From NCBI RefSeq assembly GCF_018350175.1, contig NC_058369.1, positions 1,490,001 to 1,554,000 of the forward strand: DNA of 64,000 nt. The letters are read 5' to 3'. The stretch's first letter is position 1, and the number at the start of each line of letters is the position of its first letter. Both the position numbers and the translations under genes were made by a program. The stretch comes from Felis catus. Lineage: Eukaryota. Shown here piece after piece: positions 45,501 to 56,834 of the stretch. Under the pieces are notes generated by a model. It ran no database searches, had not been told where the DNA came from, and saw only the letters and a list, made by a program, of their open reading frames with translations.

Positions 45501-48500
45501 CCCCTGCCCTGCCCTGCCGCTGCACCCCCTGTCCCCGTGCCCCTTCTCTGACACCCCCCCCTTTGTTAGAGTGGGAACAGCATCATGGTGGAGGTGGCAA
45601 CCGGGCCCTCGGACTCGGCCACCCACGAGAAGGTACGTAGGGGGCCCCCGGCCGGGGCGCTGCCCGGAGAAGAGTGCTGGGCACGCGCGGCCCCCCGGAC
45701 ATGGCACTTCCTGCTCCCCCCAGCTCCCCATGGTCCTGAAGGTGCCCCGACTGAACGCCTCGCCGCTGGCCCTGTGTGACCGGCCCTTCTCCCTCCTGGG
45801 CTTCGGGGACATCCTGGTGCCAGGTACTGGGGTGCGAGGTGGGCGGCCTTGGGAGCGTCCAGTGGGTGGAGCCCGAGCGGAGCAGGCGGGGTTTGCCCCC
45901 TGGGTGGCGGGCTGGCCGCCGGGGCCCGTCTGAAAGCAGGGACGGCCGTCACACGGGACGCCGCCGGGCCCACGCGCCTTCTCCCCGCAGGGCTGCTCGT
46001 GGCCTACTGCCACAGGTTCGACATCCAGGTGCAGTCGTCCAGGGTCTACTTTGTAGCCTGCACCGTGGGTAAGCGCCCTCCTTGTATCTGTCTGTCCTTC
46101 GTTCTGTCCTTGTCCCCCACTTGTTTCTTTGGTTACCAAAGCCATTGCTACAGAACCGACCTGTCCTGTGGAGCCCGATTGCTTTGAGAGTTTTCCAGAC
46201 CGGCCGGACTGCTCACCTCTGGTCAGCCCTTCCGGAGGAGCAGCGAGCCTGCCCGATGGCGCCTGTCCGTGTGCATGCGTGTCCCCCGCCATGGGGGAGC
46301 CAGGCTGGGGGAGGGGCTGCCTGACGACTCCCTCCCCCGCGTCGTGGGCCGCGTGCACAGGCCCTGGCAGCCCACCCCGGCAGAGGCGAGGCCCTGTAAA
46401 TGCCCCTGGTAGCACCAGGATGACCGGGGCTGGCCTTCCGGGCGTACCTTGGGGTCGTCTGGGTCTTCCCACCCCGGTTCCTACGGCTGCAGGCACGCCC
46501 CCTCGTCCCCTTTGCCGGCCCTAAACCTTCCCTTGGGCTCCACGCACCACACTGATCCTTCAGGTACCGTTGCAAGGGCTTTGTGTGTGTGAGCCGCTTG
46601 GCCGGCTTGTGTGCGTGGTTCCTTGTCGAGCCTGCGGACCTTGCGGGCAGCGGGCGCCTTTCTCCTCCGCAGCCGCAGCCCGCTCCCGTGGACCGCCGGT
46701 AAGTGACGCACAGCTCTCCCCGGAGGTGAGGACCGCCGAGCGAGCCGCGATCTCGGAGGAGGTTACTGTAGCTAACTCCTCGAGGAGACGGTTGCGGATT
46801 TACCGCTGCAGGATTAGCGCAAAGAGCGCCTGCACGCCGGCCCTCGGGTTCAGCAGCGTGTGCGTGCGTGACTGTGTGTGCAAGTACGTGTGTGTGCGTG
46901 CGCAAACGCGCGTTCTCCTATGCTGGCGCTCACGTATGGAACCGATGTGCGGGATTTATCCGGACCTTCGCCCCTCGGGGCTCCGTCGGGTATCTCATGA
47001 GAATGGAAACAGCCTTTCGCACCCTCACAGCTCGGTTACGGATGTTTGCTTTTGTAACTTTGTGCGGACGTTACTCTTCTCCAGCATTCTCTTCCTAGCT
47101 AGAGGCTGAGCAGACAGGTGCTCAGGCAGTTAACGGGCCTTTCTCTCGCTGCCCCTGTGGCTCCAGACCCGGGGCGCAGCCATGGAGCCTTGCTCATTCC
47201 CGCCTTCTCGCTGGCGCCCGGTGGGACCGGGCAGGGGTGTGTGTGCCGGAAGACGCAGGCGCATCCGTGCGCAGGCAGGCAGCCCCCTGCCTGCCCCGGG
47301 TGCCCCATGCGCTACCGTGTGGCGGGCGCCCCGCCTCTCCGGTCCCCGTTCCGGCATCCCGGCCGCAGGCGGGTGCTGGGCCGCGGGGCCACCCGTGGGG
47401 GTAACACGCCGCCCGTCTCTCCCTGCAGCCTACGGGATCGGCCTCCTGGTGACGTTCATGGCGCTGGCCCTCATGCAGCGCGGCCAGCCCGCCCTCCTCT
47501 ACCTGGTGCCCTGCACGCTGATGATAAGCTGCGCCCTGGCGCTCTGGCGCAGGGAGCTGGGCATGTTCTGGACGGGCAGCGGCTTTGCGGTGAATACCCG
47601 TTTGCTATGACTGTCTGCGAGAAATAATAACCCAATAAGCCCTAACTAGAGTTAAAGTTGAGTAAAACCTCCTAGTTTCACGACTAAACCCCGCGGCCTC
47701 TGTCCCCGTTCCCAGAAGGTTCTGTTTGGTGTCCTGTCCGTGTGGCTCTGAAGGGTCCGAGCCGTCCCAGCAGAGGGGACGCGCTTGTGCCGTCCCACTG
47801 GGTGTGGCTTGAGGATGGTGCTAACAGCCCTTTACTAAAGGTGCCAGTCCCGAGGGACCGTAACACCCCATGTGATGGGATACTGGCTTCCGGCTGCTTC
47901 AGCCCTTGGGCACACAGTGCCGAGCTGGGGGGGCCACCGAGGTCCTCTGCCAGGGTGGGGGCTGTCCGCCCAGGACGGGGAAAGGGCAGGGGGCCCGGGG
48001 GCAAGCTGTGCAAGGCCAGGTGGAGGAACCAAGCTCAGCCTGTGGCGCCACCGCCCCCCTCGTGGAGTGGATCACGGCCAGTGGCTCGCTGTTCCTGGTG
48101 TTTGAGTCAGAAGAGGAGAGGGACGGAGGCCACTCTTGGTGCAGCGCAGCACATTCGATGGGACGAGGGCACGTGTTTCAGTGGTGCAGGGACAGAGCTG
48201 ACGCCCTGCGGGTATGGAAAGGCTGCGGCTGCCTCTGCTGCCCTGTCGGTAGCACGCAGAGGCGGGCGACACCGGGACCAGCCTTGTCAGTTACAGGAGC
48301 TCCTGAGTGTGACATGTGTCCCTCTGGAGTGCTGCTGGTTGAGTTCGGTGTTACCGTGCCAGGTTTTGTGGAAGTTGAACCTCGCACCCTCTCCGTCCTG
48401 GCCTAGAGGCGACGAACGGAACAGGGCCCCAGGTTAACCTGATAGATGAACCAGATAACGTAACCGATGATGGGGCCTCGGGCCCTCCCGCGGGCCCTCG

Positions 48501-49052
48501 GGAAACGCTCCCGGCTTCATCGTCCACCGTCCTCAGAGGCTCTCAGTCCCGAGGAGTGCTGGCTTTGCCGCAGGGCAAAGTTCTGGAAGGTTCAGGAGGC
48601 GGGGGAGCAAGGCTCAGCGTTTCTGCATTGGGTCACCGGCCTGTGGTCCCGCCTTCTGGCTGGTGCTACTTGGCCCCAAGGGAAGGTGGCTCCTGGGTCT
48701 GGAGCTGGACCCTCGGGGGACGGTGACTCATCTGCCCTTCCTTGTCCACTGTCCCCGGGCTTTCCTGTCCTCGTCCCACGCCTGACTGTGGCCTCTTCTC
48801 TTACAGAAGGACCTACCTCAGTCTCCTTGGGCGGCGTCTTCAGCCGACGGCCCCCAGCCCCAGATGGACTCAGACACTGGCCTCTCCCAGCCGCCTCCAG
48901 GCGAAGGACTGGCCAAGTGCTCCCTGCCCACGAAGCAGCCCCCGGCATTGTCTGCGCCCGAGGAGACCGGGGCCAGAGCACCCCCCCAGGAGCCCACGAG
49001 CCCAGCCAGCCGCACCCCTGAACCCACAGGCCCGGTAGGCACCTCGGCCTAG
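32011..49052 (+). CDS. SPPL2B: Signal peptide peptidase-like 2B, a GxGD intramembrane aspartyl protease (590 aa; 15 coding exons)
   Basis: The exons below join to 1773 nt with GT-AG introns. PA domain (RGNCTF), catalytic YD (exon 10), LGFGD (exon 12) and QPALLYLVP (exon 14) are all present. Confidence 0.97.
32014..32037 (+). repeat. SPPL2B: (GCG)8 coding trinucleotide repeat (poly-Ala)
   Basis: atg(gcg)8gtg. Confidence 0.95.
33470..33568 (+). repeat. Compound (CT)n(CA)n(A)n microsatellite
   Basis: Read directly; abuts the 5' end of the L1 fragment. Confidence 0.92.
33570..35395 (+). mobile_element. 5'-truncated carnivore L1 (degenerate ORF2 3' part plus 3' UTR)
   Basis: ORF2 peptides [28 protein letters not shown] and [10 protein letters not shown]...[13 protein letters not shown] with stops and frameshifts; A-rich tail. 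Confidence 0.95.
34975..35179 (-). mobile_element. Carnivore SINE inserted into the L1 3' UTR
   Basis: T-tail, SINE body and caggcgcccc end; L1 sequence resumes at aagagactctt. Confidence 0.9.
35447..35648 (+). mobile_element. Carnivore SINE
   Basis: ggggcgtctgggtggctcag head; TSD agtgagttgag. Confidence 0.9.
36440..36730 (+). repeat. Pyrimidine-rich 18-bp minisatellite
   Basis: About 8 core units of ccacctgtcccctcttct or ccatctgtcctcactcct at 36556-36699, with degenerate flanks. Confidence 0.88.
37206..37425. mobile_element. MER58A-like hAT MITE
   Basis: caggggtcagcaaa...ccagatggtgaatatttctggctttgtgggcca...ctctgccgtgg. Confidence 0.7.
39584..39703 (+). CDS. SPPL2B: SPPL2B exon 2
   Basis: [11 protein letters not shown]...PHDLSKA|gtgagt. 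Confidence 0.95.
40295..40477 (+). CDS. SPPL2B: SPPL2B exon 3
   Basis: [11 protein letters not shown]...RGNCTFYEK...SRETL|gtaggg. Confidence 0.92.
40813..40902 (+). CDS. SPPL2B: SPPL2B exon 4
   Basis: [30 protein letters not shown]|gtaggg. Confidence 0.93.
41627..41766 (+). CDS. SPPL2B: SPPL2B exon 5
   Basis: [13 protein letters not shown]...[11 protein letters not shown]|gtgagt. Confidence 0.92.
42132..42274 (+). CDS. SPPL2B: SPPL2B exon 6
   Basis: [14 protein letters not shown]...LLYYFYDQL|gtgcgc. Confidence 0.9.
42572..42668 (+). CDS. SPPL2B: SPPL2B exon 7
   Basis: [10 protein letters not shown]...LPFGRC|gtaagc. Confidence 0.93.
43420..43536 (+). CDS. SPPL2B: SPPL2B exon 8
   Basis: [13 protein letters not shown]...VWGVFRNED|gtgagt. 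Confidence 0.93.
44646..44727 (+). CDS. SPPL2B: SPPL2B exon 9
   Basis: [27 protein letters not shown]|gtgagg. Confidence 0.95.
45419..45493 (+). CDS. SPPL2B: SPPL2B exon 10 (YD motif)
   Basis: [25 protein letters not shown]|gtgggc. Confidence 0.95.
45570..45632 (+). CDS. SPPL2B: SPPL2B exon 11
   Basis: [21 protein letters not shown]|gtacgt. Confidence 0.93.
45724..45823 (+). CDS. SPPL2B: SPPL2B exon 12 (GxGD motif)
   Basis: [10 protein letters not shown]...[11 protein letters not shown]|gtactg. Confidence 0.95.
45991..46068 (+). CDS. SPPL2B: SPPL2B exon 13
   Basis: [26 protein letters not shown]|gtaagc. Confidence 0.95.
47429..47589 (+). CDS. SPPL2B: SPPL2B exon 14 (PAL motif)
   Basis: [10 protein letters not shown]...[10 protein letters not shown]...WTGSGFA|gtgaat. 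Confidence 0.95.
48807..49052 (+). CDS. SPPL2B: SPPL2B exon 15 (Pro/Ser-rich cytosolic tail)
   Basis: ttacag|[19 protein letters not shown]...PVGTSA*. Confidence 0.88.
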   Translation, partial: KDLPQSPWAASSADGPQPQMDSDTGLSQPPPGEGLAKCSLPTKQPPALSAPEETGARAPPQEPTSPASRTPEPTGPVGTSA

Positions 49053-49650
49053 ATGATGGCGCAGACTCTCGGGCCCTCGCTGCTGCCCCTCTGCGCCGAG
49101 AGACCCCGAGACTGGACGTGCTCGGCCCTCCCCCCCCAACTTGGTGCTCTGGTCTGGCCGATGTCCCCGCTCTTCCTCCTCCTTGAGCAGAGCCCAGCTG
49201 CACCCTGGACCCTCTCCAGCTCCTGCTCCCAGCTCGAGTGGCTGCCGTGAGCCCCCGGACCGACGAGGTCACCCGTGTGGAGCGCCCAGCTCCACGGTCT
49301 TGCCTGTCAACTCGGTGGTTCCTTGGAAAGGGCAGGAAGTGCCGCCTCCGACCGCCCACGGCTGCAGATCCGCCCACATCTGGTGCTTACCTTGCCGCCA
49401 CTTCCCTCAGGTTCTCTCCTGTGCCGCGCCTGCGCGTCCCCAGGGACGCTGGCCAGCAGAGCCCAGTCCGGCACCTGGGCCCTGGATGTCTGGACTCAGG
49501 ATGCGGGCCCGGCTGGCCGGGTCGGACCTGCCTCTGTGTCGGCAGGGACTGAAAGCGGCGCCCGGCGTGACGGGCCACCCCTCTCGGGCCCGCCTGGCTC
49601 TTCCAGCAGCCAGGGCCGCCCATGCCTGCGCTCCAGCTTCTCCGCCTCTT

Positions 49651-49656
49651 AATAAA
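49651..49656 (+). terminator. SPPL2B: SPPL2B polyadenylation signal AATAAA
   Basis: AATAAA about 600 nt after the stop, followed by GT-rich sequence. Confidence 0.8.
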
Positions 49657-50569
49657 CGGCCATGACTCGTTGAGCTCCGTAGTGTCACCTCTTGGGTGTG
49701 AGTCTCTCGGACCACCCTTGTTGGGGCGGGTGGGTGCCAGGCCGCACCCTCCACGGCGGCTGTGTCTTCTGTGTGGGCTCCGTTTGGTCTTTCAGCTTAG
49801 AGGGACTGGGGAGGGGGGCACCGTCCTCTCGGCATCTGCACATTCTCAACCCCACCCCAGACCGGCCTCTAGCGACACCACCGGCCGGGCGAGCATACTT
49901 TTTATTTAAACCGCCCAGGAGTTTCTGCAACGTGGAGAGTATTCTGGAATCGGCATTTTGTCTTCTACCTCACCGACAGGGTTCTCCGAACGTCAGGACA
50001 GAAATGCCGCGGTGCAGCGGCCCCCGTGCCAGGGCCGTGCCCGTCCACGCAGCTTACAGACTCAAGTTCAGAAAGACATAGACCCTCCAGCCGCACGGTC
50101 CCAGCTCTGTCCCCGACGTGTCTGCTGATCAGTTGTAGACAGCAGGCGGGGGGTCAACCATGATCCATTCCAGAAAATACCAGCACCAGACAGACTCACA
50201 GCCTTTGTCAGCCATGCTTCTCTAGAAGAAATGGTTATTCCAAAAAAAAAAAAAAAAAAAAAAAAAACCAGACGTTTTCCACCTGTTTCTGTGTGTCTCT
50301 TAAAAAAACAGGTGACCTGGGAGGGAGACCAGCTGGACCTGCCGACCCCAGAGAGCCCCTGACTCGGAGGCCGGAGCTGGGGTGCAGCCCTGGGCGGCCG
50401 GGGTGCCAGGCCTGAGTGGCCCCCTTTGCACATCGGCCCACACCTTACTCTAAGCCATTTTGTACGTCGGTGTAGGAGCCGGGATCTCTCTCTGTCTTCT
50501 GTGTTTGACAAACATCAAGGAATTCAAGGCGGCTGTTAGTTCCTGAAGTTTCCATTTGCAGTTTTTGCC

Positions 50570-50759
50570 TTCTGTATTTTTGGAGGGAAACAGAGCATGA
50601 GTGGGGGAGGGACAGAGAGAGACAGAGACAGAATCCTAAGCACACTCCACTCCAGGCTCTGAGCTGTCGGCACAGAGCCCACCGCGGGGCTGGAACCCAG
50701 GAGCCGCGAGATCATGACCAGAGTTGGGCGTTCAACCGACTGAGCCCCCCCAGGCGCCC
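50570..50759 (-). mobile_element. Carnivore SINE
   Basis: gagcatgagtgggggagggacagagaga...gactgagccccccaggcgccc. Confidence 0.88.
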
Positions 50760-52639
50760 TGACACAGCTTTTGATAGTTGTTGCTTGGCTCTCATGTTTT
50801 CCACAGTGTGGCAGCTGGCAGAGCCCGGCCCGGCAGGATCAGAGTGGCCTGGTCCGCGAGGATGGCCACACCGCCCCGGGGAGCGCGTCCACACCGCCCA
50901 CTGGAGCCGAGCGGGGCTGCTGTCCTATTTCCTGGCACTGGAGAGTCGAAGGAAGCCCAGTCAGCGCTCAGTCCACCCCGTGTTCCGGGCCATCGCTTGT
51001 CCGTGGTGATCTAAGCAGCGTGGCGGGGATCCGCACCCCGCGGACTTTGTGAAGAGCCAGCCGGCGTGTTTGGGGTCTTCCAGGCCACCCAGTCCCTGCC
51101 ACAACTCAGCCCTGCTGCCATAACCCAAGTGTCACAGCACGTGGCGGGCAGGCGTGCCCGTGGCCAGGGCGCTGACGGACACAGAGATGTGCCTTCCGAG
51201 TGGTGTTCAGAGGTCACGTGATGGCCTCCTTTTGGTATTTTTCAACTAGTCAACACAGTGAAGCCCTTTCTTTGCCAGCATCTTCCAAGGGCGGCGGGCC
51301 CACCCCCGGCTGTGCCGCCCACGGTGTGAGCGGTGCCTCTGCTCTGCTGCAGAGAGAGAAGGCGAGGCTCCCGAGGCCGGTCCACTTGGCTGCGCGGGGC
51401 TGGCGGAGACGCAGCAGAGACGTGTCGCTCCTCTGAGATGGTCCCGACACCGGGTGCTCAGTGGTCTCGGCCAGGCCGCGGGGGCCGGGGGCCCAGCGTC
51501 CTTCGTGAGGGCAGGGAGGGCCCCACGCGCAGAGCTGCGGGTGGGCGCAGGGGGGACAGTGCTCCTGCCCTGTGGCGGGGCTCGGCTCGGTGCTGGGGTG
51601 CGGGCTCTGTAGTTGGCTCGGGGCCGTGAGGACAGCAGTGTTCTTCCACTAAAGCCCCAGAGCTTATTTGGTTTCCACGACTCATTCATTCCATCAGCCT
51701 TCATTGAGCACCTGCTGTGTGCCAGGCCCCCGACTCCACCGGGGATTCACGTGCGAGGCTCAGACCCCACTCTGCCCCAGGTGGCTGACCCTGGAGAGGA
51801 GGGACAGGACACGAGTCCACACCTGTCTTTGTCTTTGGGAAGGGAACTTGGAGGAGACAGGTGAGGCCTGTAGTGGGGAGATCAGCATGGCTGCTGGGAG
51901 GGCAGGAGAGGGGCAGGGGTCTCTTGGCCCCATGGGGAAGGCATGGCCGGTGTCACCAGAAGGTGAGGGGGCAGGAGTCCTAGAAAGGGCATAGTGGCAC
52001 CTGTCCTGGTGGGGGGAGGGGAGGGAGACCCCTCCCCCCGCAGCTGTCGTAGCAGCAGTGGGAAGAGCCCAGGTCTGCAGTCTTGGCTTACATGCTGGAG
52101 GAGTGACCTCGGTCATGCCCCTATGCTCCCTCTGGGGCTGTAGCTGCTGCTTCTGCCAGTGGTGTGACGGCTGCTTCTCCAGGGCCTCCCTGCATGTGCT
52201 CAGGAAACGGGACCATGCTGCAGGCAGCCGGGACCCGGAGGATTGCTCTCCCGCTAGCACCATGCTTGGCTCCCCATGGCTTATGGCGTTTCCCACAAAA
52301 GTCAGTCGCCACTTAGGACATGAAAGACGATGCCACCAATGGTAGTAAGACAGCTGGTCCCTGGAGACAATTCAGAAAATATCCCCTGAGCGTCCTGAGC
52401 AGAGACGAAGATGTGTTCCCCCAGGGCCGGTGAGGGAGAAGTAAGCGGGTGGGGAGGCCGGGGTCCCAGCGGGGCTGTGGCAAGCGTGTCAAAACTGAGG
52501 CCAGGCCCCTGCCCCAGCCTGGCCACGACAAACGCCGCCCCCACCCCTAGTCCTGACCAGCCCTTTCCCGACTACCCACGGCTTCAGAATCGAGGGGCCT
52601 GAGAAAGTGCCTCAGCCTGGGGGACCTGGGCCAGAATCT

Positions 52640-52800
52640 GAATAAAGTGCGGTTGTTCGCTAACTAACAACGTGTCACTATCGGTTCGTTAATTGTGATG
52701 GCGTGTCACTCACGGAGAAAACGGGGTGCAGAGTAATTGGCGCTCTCCACAGCTCTTCCGTAAATCTGAAACTTCTGAAATCAAGTTGGTTTTTTAAACT
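52640..52800 (+). mobile_element. Ancient L1M 3' end fragment
   Basis: ggttcgttaattgtga...cagctcttccgtaaatctgaaacttct resembles L1MC-type 3' ends. Confidence 0.5.
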
Positions 52801-52829
52801 ATGGTAGTTACTCACATACCCCTTCCCCG

Positions 52830-53320
52830 AGACGCCCCCCCCCCCCCACCCGGGCCGGTCCTGGACTCACCTGGCCTCACCCTCCACCTGCGCCCGAGGG
52901 GGAGGAGGGAGGCCGCGCCCCCGGCCCCGCCCCGACTCCCTGGTGCTGGCGGCTCGCTGGGCTCCGCTGGCCGGCGGTGGTGGCGGCTCTGGCGCGGCCT
53001 CAGCCCCTGCGCGGCTCCGCGGCTCCGTGAGTCTGGGTCCCCGGAAGGGCTGGGACGGCCCCTCTGCGCGGTGGCTCCCGTGGCGGCACTGCGCGGCAGG
53101 TGGGGCAGAGCCGCTGCGGAGCCGGCTGGACAGGTGGCGGGGAGGGGAGGTCCGGGGGTCGCGGCGACGAGGCCAGTTGCACTGCGTGTCCCGGCAGCCA
53201 AGGGCGCCGTTTCCCGCCCTCCGTTCACGCTAAGCTGGAGCCCGGGCGGAGGGGAGTGCGGGAGGGACCCGGGACAGAGGCAGTGAGGGCTGTGGGGCGC
53301 CCGGCCCTCCGGTCAGCATC
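52830..53320. promoter_or_regulatory. CpG island with outward-facing splice donors (candidate distal promoter of the next gene, TMPRSS9 by synteny)
   Basis: CpG-dense with GC boxes. Plus-strand donor CC|GTGAGT at 53027; minus-strand donor CCAG|GTGAGT at 52870. Confidence 0.55.
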
Positions 53321-55116
53321 TGAGTTCCCTGGAAGTGACAAACGACAAGGCTACCGGGGCCACGTTAGGAAGGGTGTGGTCTGAAGGGGTGAGGGTTCTG
53401 TTTGTGGCAGGAGGGCTCTCACGGGTTCCGTTCTGTGTGGCAGGAAAGCCACCCTGGCACCAAGGGCAGGCTGTCACTGGAGTTCTGCGGTCCGGTCCGA
53501 AGTACCCGCTTTGCCCCTGAAATGGCTGAGGGTGGCCGGGCCACAGGGGCCACATCTCAGGGTTCGCAGGCTCCCTGGACCCCACGGGGGAGGGTGTGGG
53601 CTTTGGGGGACTGTGTGTTCACATTAAACACAAGCCTCGTTGCCACGTGCAGGGACAGCCTCGGGAACCCTGCAGGTGAGTGGACTCGGGTTCTGCGCGT
53701 GGCCGTGGACCCAGAGCCCATGCCACCTGCCCGCAGGCCTGACCGGGGTGCTCTGTGAGACTGCGCGTCTGTGTCACTGCCACCTCGTGTGTGAGGTTGT
53801 GTAGTCGCGTGTGGCTGTATGGCAACAGTGTGTGCTCTTGTGTGGCTGTGTGAGGATGTACAGTCACGCGTGACCGTGTGTAGTTGTGTCCCGGAGTGTT
53901 TGTGGGGTGGCTGTGCGTGGCTGTGTCACTCAGTGTGCGACCACGCACGTGAGCCTGTGTGTGTCTGTGTTGTGTTTGTGATTGCACTGGGAGATGCTGT
54001 CTGATTTTGTACGCGGTTGTGTGAGGCATCACGTGTGTGAACTCCTTACTAGCCTTACTAGCCTCTTACTAGCCTCCCGGCCTGGAGAACGGGGATGGCG
54101 GCCACCGCGGCTCGCGTGGATCGGAGAGCCAGGCCACGCGGTCCCCAGGAGACGCGGCGGCACGTGGCCCTCGCACACAAGACGTCAGACGTAGGCACTG
54201 ATCTGACCGCGGTGTGTGGACTGAGGCCAGTGAAGCCCGCATCCCATCCCGGCTTTGAGCCCCGTCCTTGACGTGCATGTGGCCCCAAGTTCACTCCGTG
54301 TGCAGGGTGGGGTTTGGAGGGTCCGCAGACAGTGTGGTGAGCGGCCTTTCGCTAAGGCTGGGAACTCCTATTCGGAACAGGCTGCTCTGAGTGCGGCCTG
54401 AAGACAGAGCATCCCCCTCCCGTGATCACTGCGATCACTGCTGTGGGGGGAGAGTCTGATGCCCTGGGAGGGACTGGGAGGAACCCGGGAGGGACCGGGC
54501 AGAGGCGGGCGCTCCTCTGACCGCGGCCGGGTGAGCCCTGCCCGTCCTGGAGGGGAACAGAGGCAGAGGAAGCAGATGCCTGTGTCTGGGCCTCGTCATC
54601 CATGCGCTACAGGCAAGGTGCGTGTGGGGGCCGCCGTGCGCTTCTGGGACGCGTGACTCTTACCGAGGGGTGTGGCTGGTGCATGGGGAGCCGAGAACCC
54701 CATCTTGGAGGCTCACCTGCTGTACCTGGACGGCAGGGTCCTGGGGTGGCAGGGGCCCATTTCGCGATAGAGAAGCCACCAGCGAAGTGGGGGACATCGC
54801 TGGGATCAAAAGAACTGTGTGTGTGAGGAAGAGGAGGAGGGGAGGCAGACGGACAGGCAGAGAGAGGGAGTCTCTCCAAGCCTCAGTTTCTTCATCTATA
54901 AACTGGTGGCAGGCGTGACCTTTCTGCTCGTGGCTGCTCCTCTCCTTGTCCACGTGAGTAGAGACGGGACACAGCTGTCCCCAGCTATGTATTTTAACAT
55001 TCACGGCTCTAAAATTAATGCAAAGGATAATATATTCTGGGCTGCTGGCTCATACCTGGATAAGGCTTTGTTTTTCCTACTCTACCTCTATTAATTAAAA
55101 TCGATGATTTGGTGGG

Positions 55117-55526
55117 GGGGCACCTGGTGGCTCAGTTCGGCTGAGCGTTGGACTTCGGCTCAGGTCATGATCGCACAGTTTGTGAGTTTGAGCCCCACGT
55201 CAGGCTCTCTGCTGACAGCATGGAGCCTGCTTAGGATTCTGATTCTCTCTCCCTCTCTCTCTGCCCCTCCCCCACTTGCACTCCCTCTCTCTTGCGCCCA
55301 GGTGGCTCGGTCAGTTAAGTGGCCGACTCTTGATTTCAGCTCAGGTCATGATCTCACAGTTCACGAGTTCTAGCCCTGTGTTGGGTCCATTGCTGATGTC
55401 GGGGAGCCTATTTGGGATTCCCTCTCCCCCTCTCTCTGCCCCTTCCCTGCTCATCCTCTTTCAAAATAAATAAACATTAAAAAAATTTTTTTTACACAGG
55501 ATAAAATTTAAAAACATTAAAAAAAT
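55117..55526 (+). mobile_element. Two head-to-tail carnivore SINEs
   Basis: SINE 1 at about 55117-55291, SINE 2 at about 55294-55483 plus an A-rich tail; flanked by near-identical taaaatc(g/a)atgattt. Confidence 0.88.
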
Positions 55527-55769
55527 AAAATCAATGATTTTGGAACAATTTTACTTGCAAAGATGGCATGGCAGGTCCCCGCACACGCTGCACCAGCTTC
55601 CCCTCATGTAACCACAGTGCAAAGATGCAGACCAGAAAATTAATGTGGGCACAGCACTCGCAGCCAACCTCGTTCAGGTTTCCCAGTTTTCCCACGAATG
55701 TACTTTTTCCGTTTTGGGCTCCAGTCTGGGAGCCCCCATGGCATTTAGGACCTGCATTAATCTTACTTT

Positions 55770-55969
55770 TTAAGTTTTCATTTTACTTATTTATTTTGAG
55801 AGTGTGTGCACACGAGCAGGGGAGGGACAGAGAGACAGGAGAGAGAGAATCCCAAGCAGGCTCCGCACTGTCAACCCAGAGCCCAACTCAAACCCACAAA
55901 CTGTGAGATCATGACCCGAGCTAAAATCCAGAGTTGGATGCCCAACCAACTGAGCCACCCAGGCGCCCC
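55770..55969 (-). mobile_element. Carnivore SINE
   Basis: gagaatcccaagcaggctcc...ctgagccacccaggcgcccc. Confidence 0.9.
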
Positions 55970-56834
55970 AGACCTGTGTTAATTTTAAATTACACAAGTT
56001 GTAGGTGGCTGGAGGTTTGTTTCTTGAATCTTTGAATCTTTATCTGTTTTCCCGGGTATCACCCGTGTTTATCAGCAACCCTGCCCGGCGCCCTGAGGGG
56101 TCCCCAACTCCCTGTTCCTCTGTGCATGTTACTAAAGCTAAGGGAACACACGATATCATCACTGCAAACAGTTTTCTCACAAACACCTCTTCCCATGAAA
56201 ACCTAACAAAAAGTCCACAGACAGAAAGGAAAAAAAGAGGCCGAGCTTATTAAATTTCCTGTAGGCTTGCTGAGTGATTTATTTCATGGAGTGGGGGCGG
56301 CGGGCGGGGGAGGTCTCCTGGCGAGCCCGCAGAGAGGCGGGAGAAACAGGAGAGGCCGGAGGGCGGGCAAGGGGGGCCTGTTCCAGCAGCAGGCCTTGGG
56401 CCGTGCAGCCGGGCGGGATGCAAGGGGGGCCAGCTTCACATGGGATCAGGGGAAAGATGGACTTTCACAGGGGGCTGGGGTGCGGTGGGGGCAGTGGGGA
56501 GGGTCGAAGCAGAGGCGAGGTCAGGGTTTTCCTGGGCAGACAGTGAACCCCGGTGCTCTTTTGCCCTTGCAGACGCTGGATCAGCACCCCAACCGACGGG
56601 GCACAGGTGGCCACTGGGGGCGAGGGGAGATCGGCGGCGGGCACCTGGCCGCTACAGAAAGGGTGAGGGGCCTGGAAGAGGTGGAGAGAAGGGGCCAGAT
56701 GGGCCCCCGATAGTAAAGTGTGGTGCCTGGAAGGGAACAGAACACCGGGTGGGGTCTGGAGCCTGCGTATAAATGAGTGAGCGGATGATGCATAGCAAAT
56801 TATTCCAGATGTTAGCAGATTAAAACATTTATTA

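Noticed and set aside
46756..46782. Small hairpin gaggaggtta...taactcctc in SPPL2B intron 13
   Set aside because: Only about a 9-bp stem inside an old repeat-like tract; no snoRNA boxes or miRNA-length stem.
53760..54075. GT-rich tract and short cttactagc repeats
   Set aside because: Ordinary low-complexity sequence with no further organisation.
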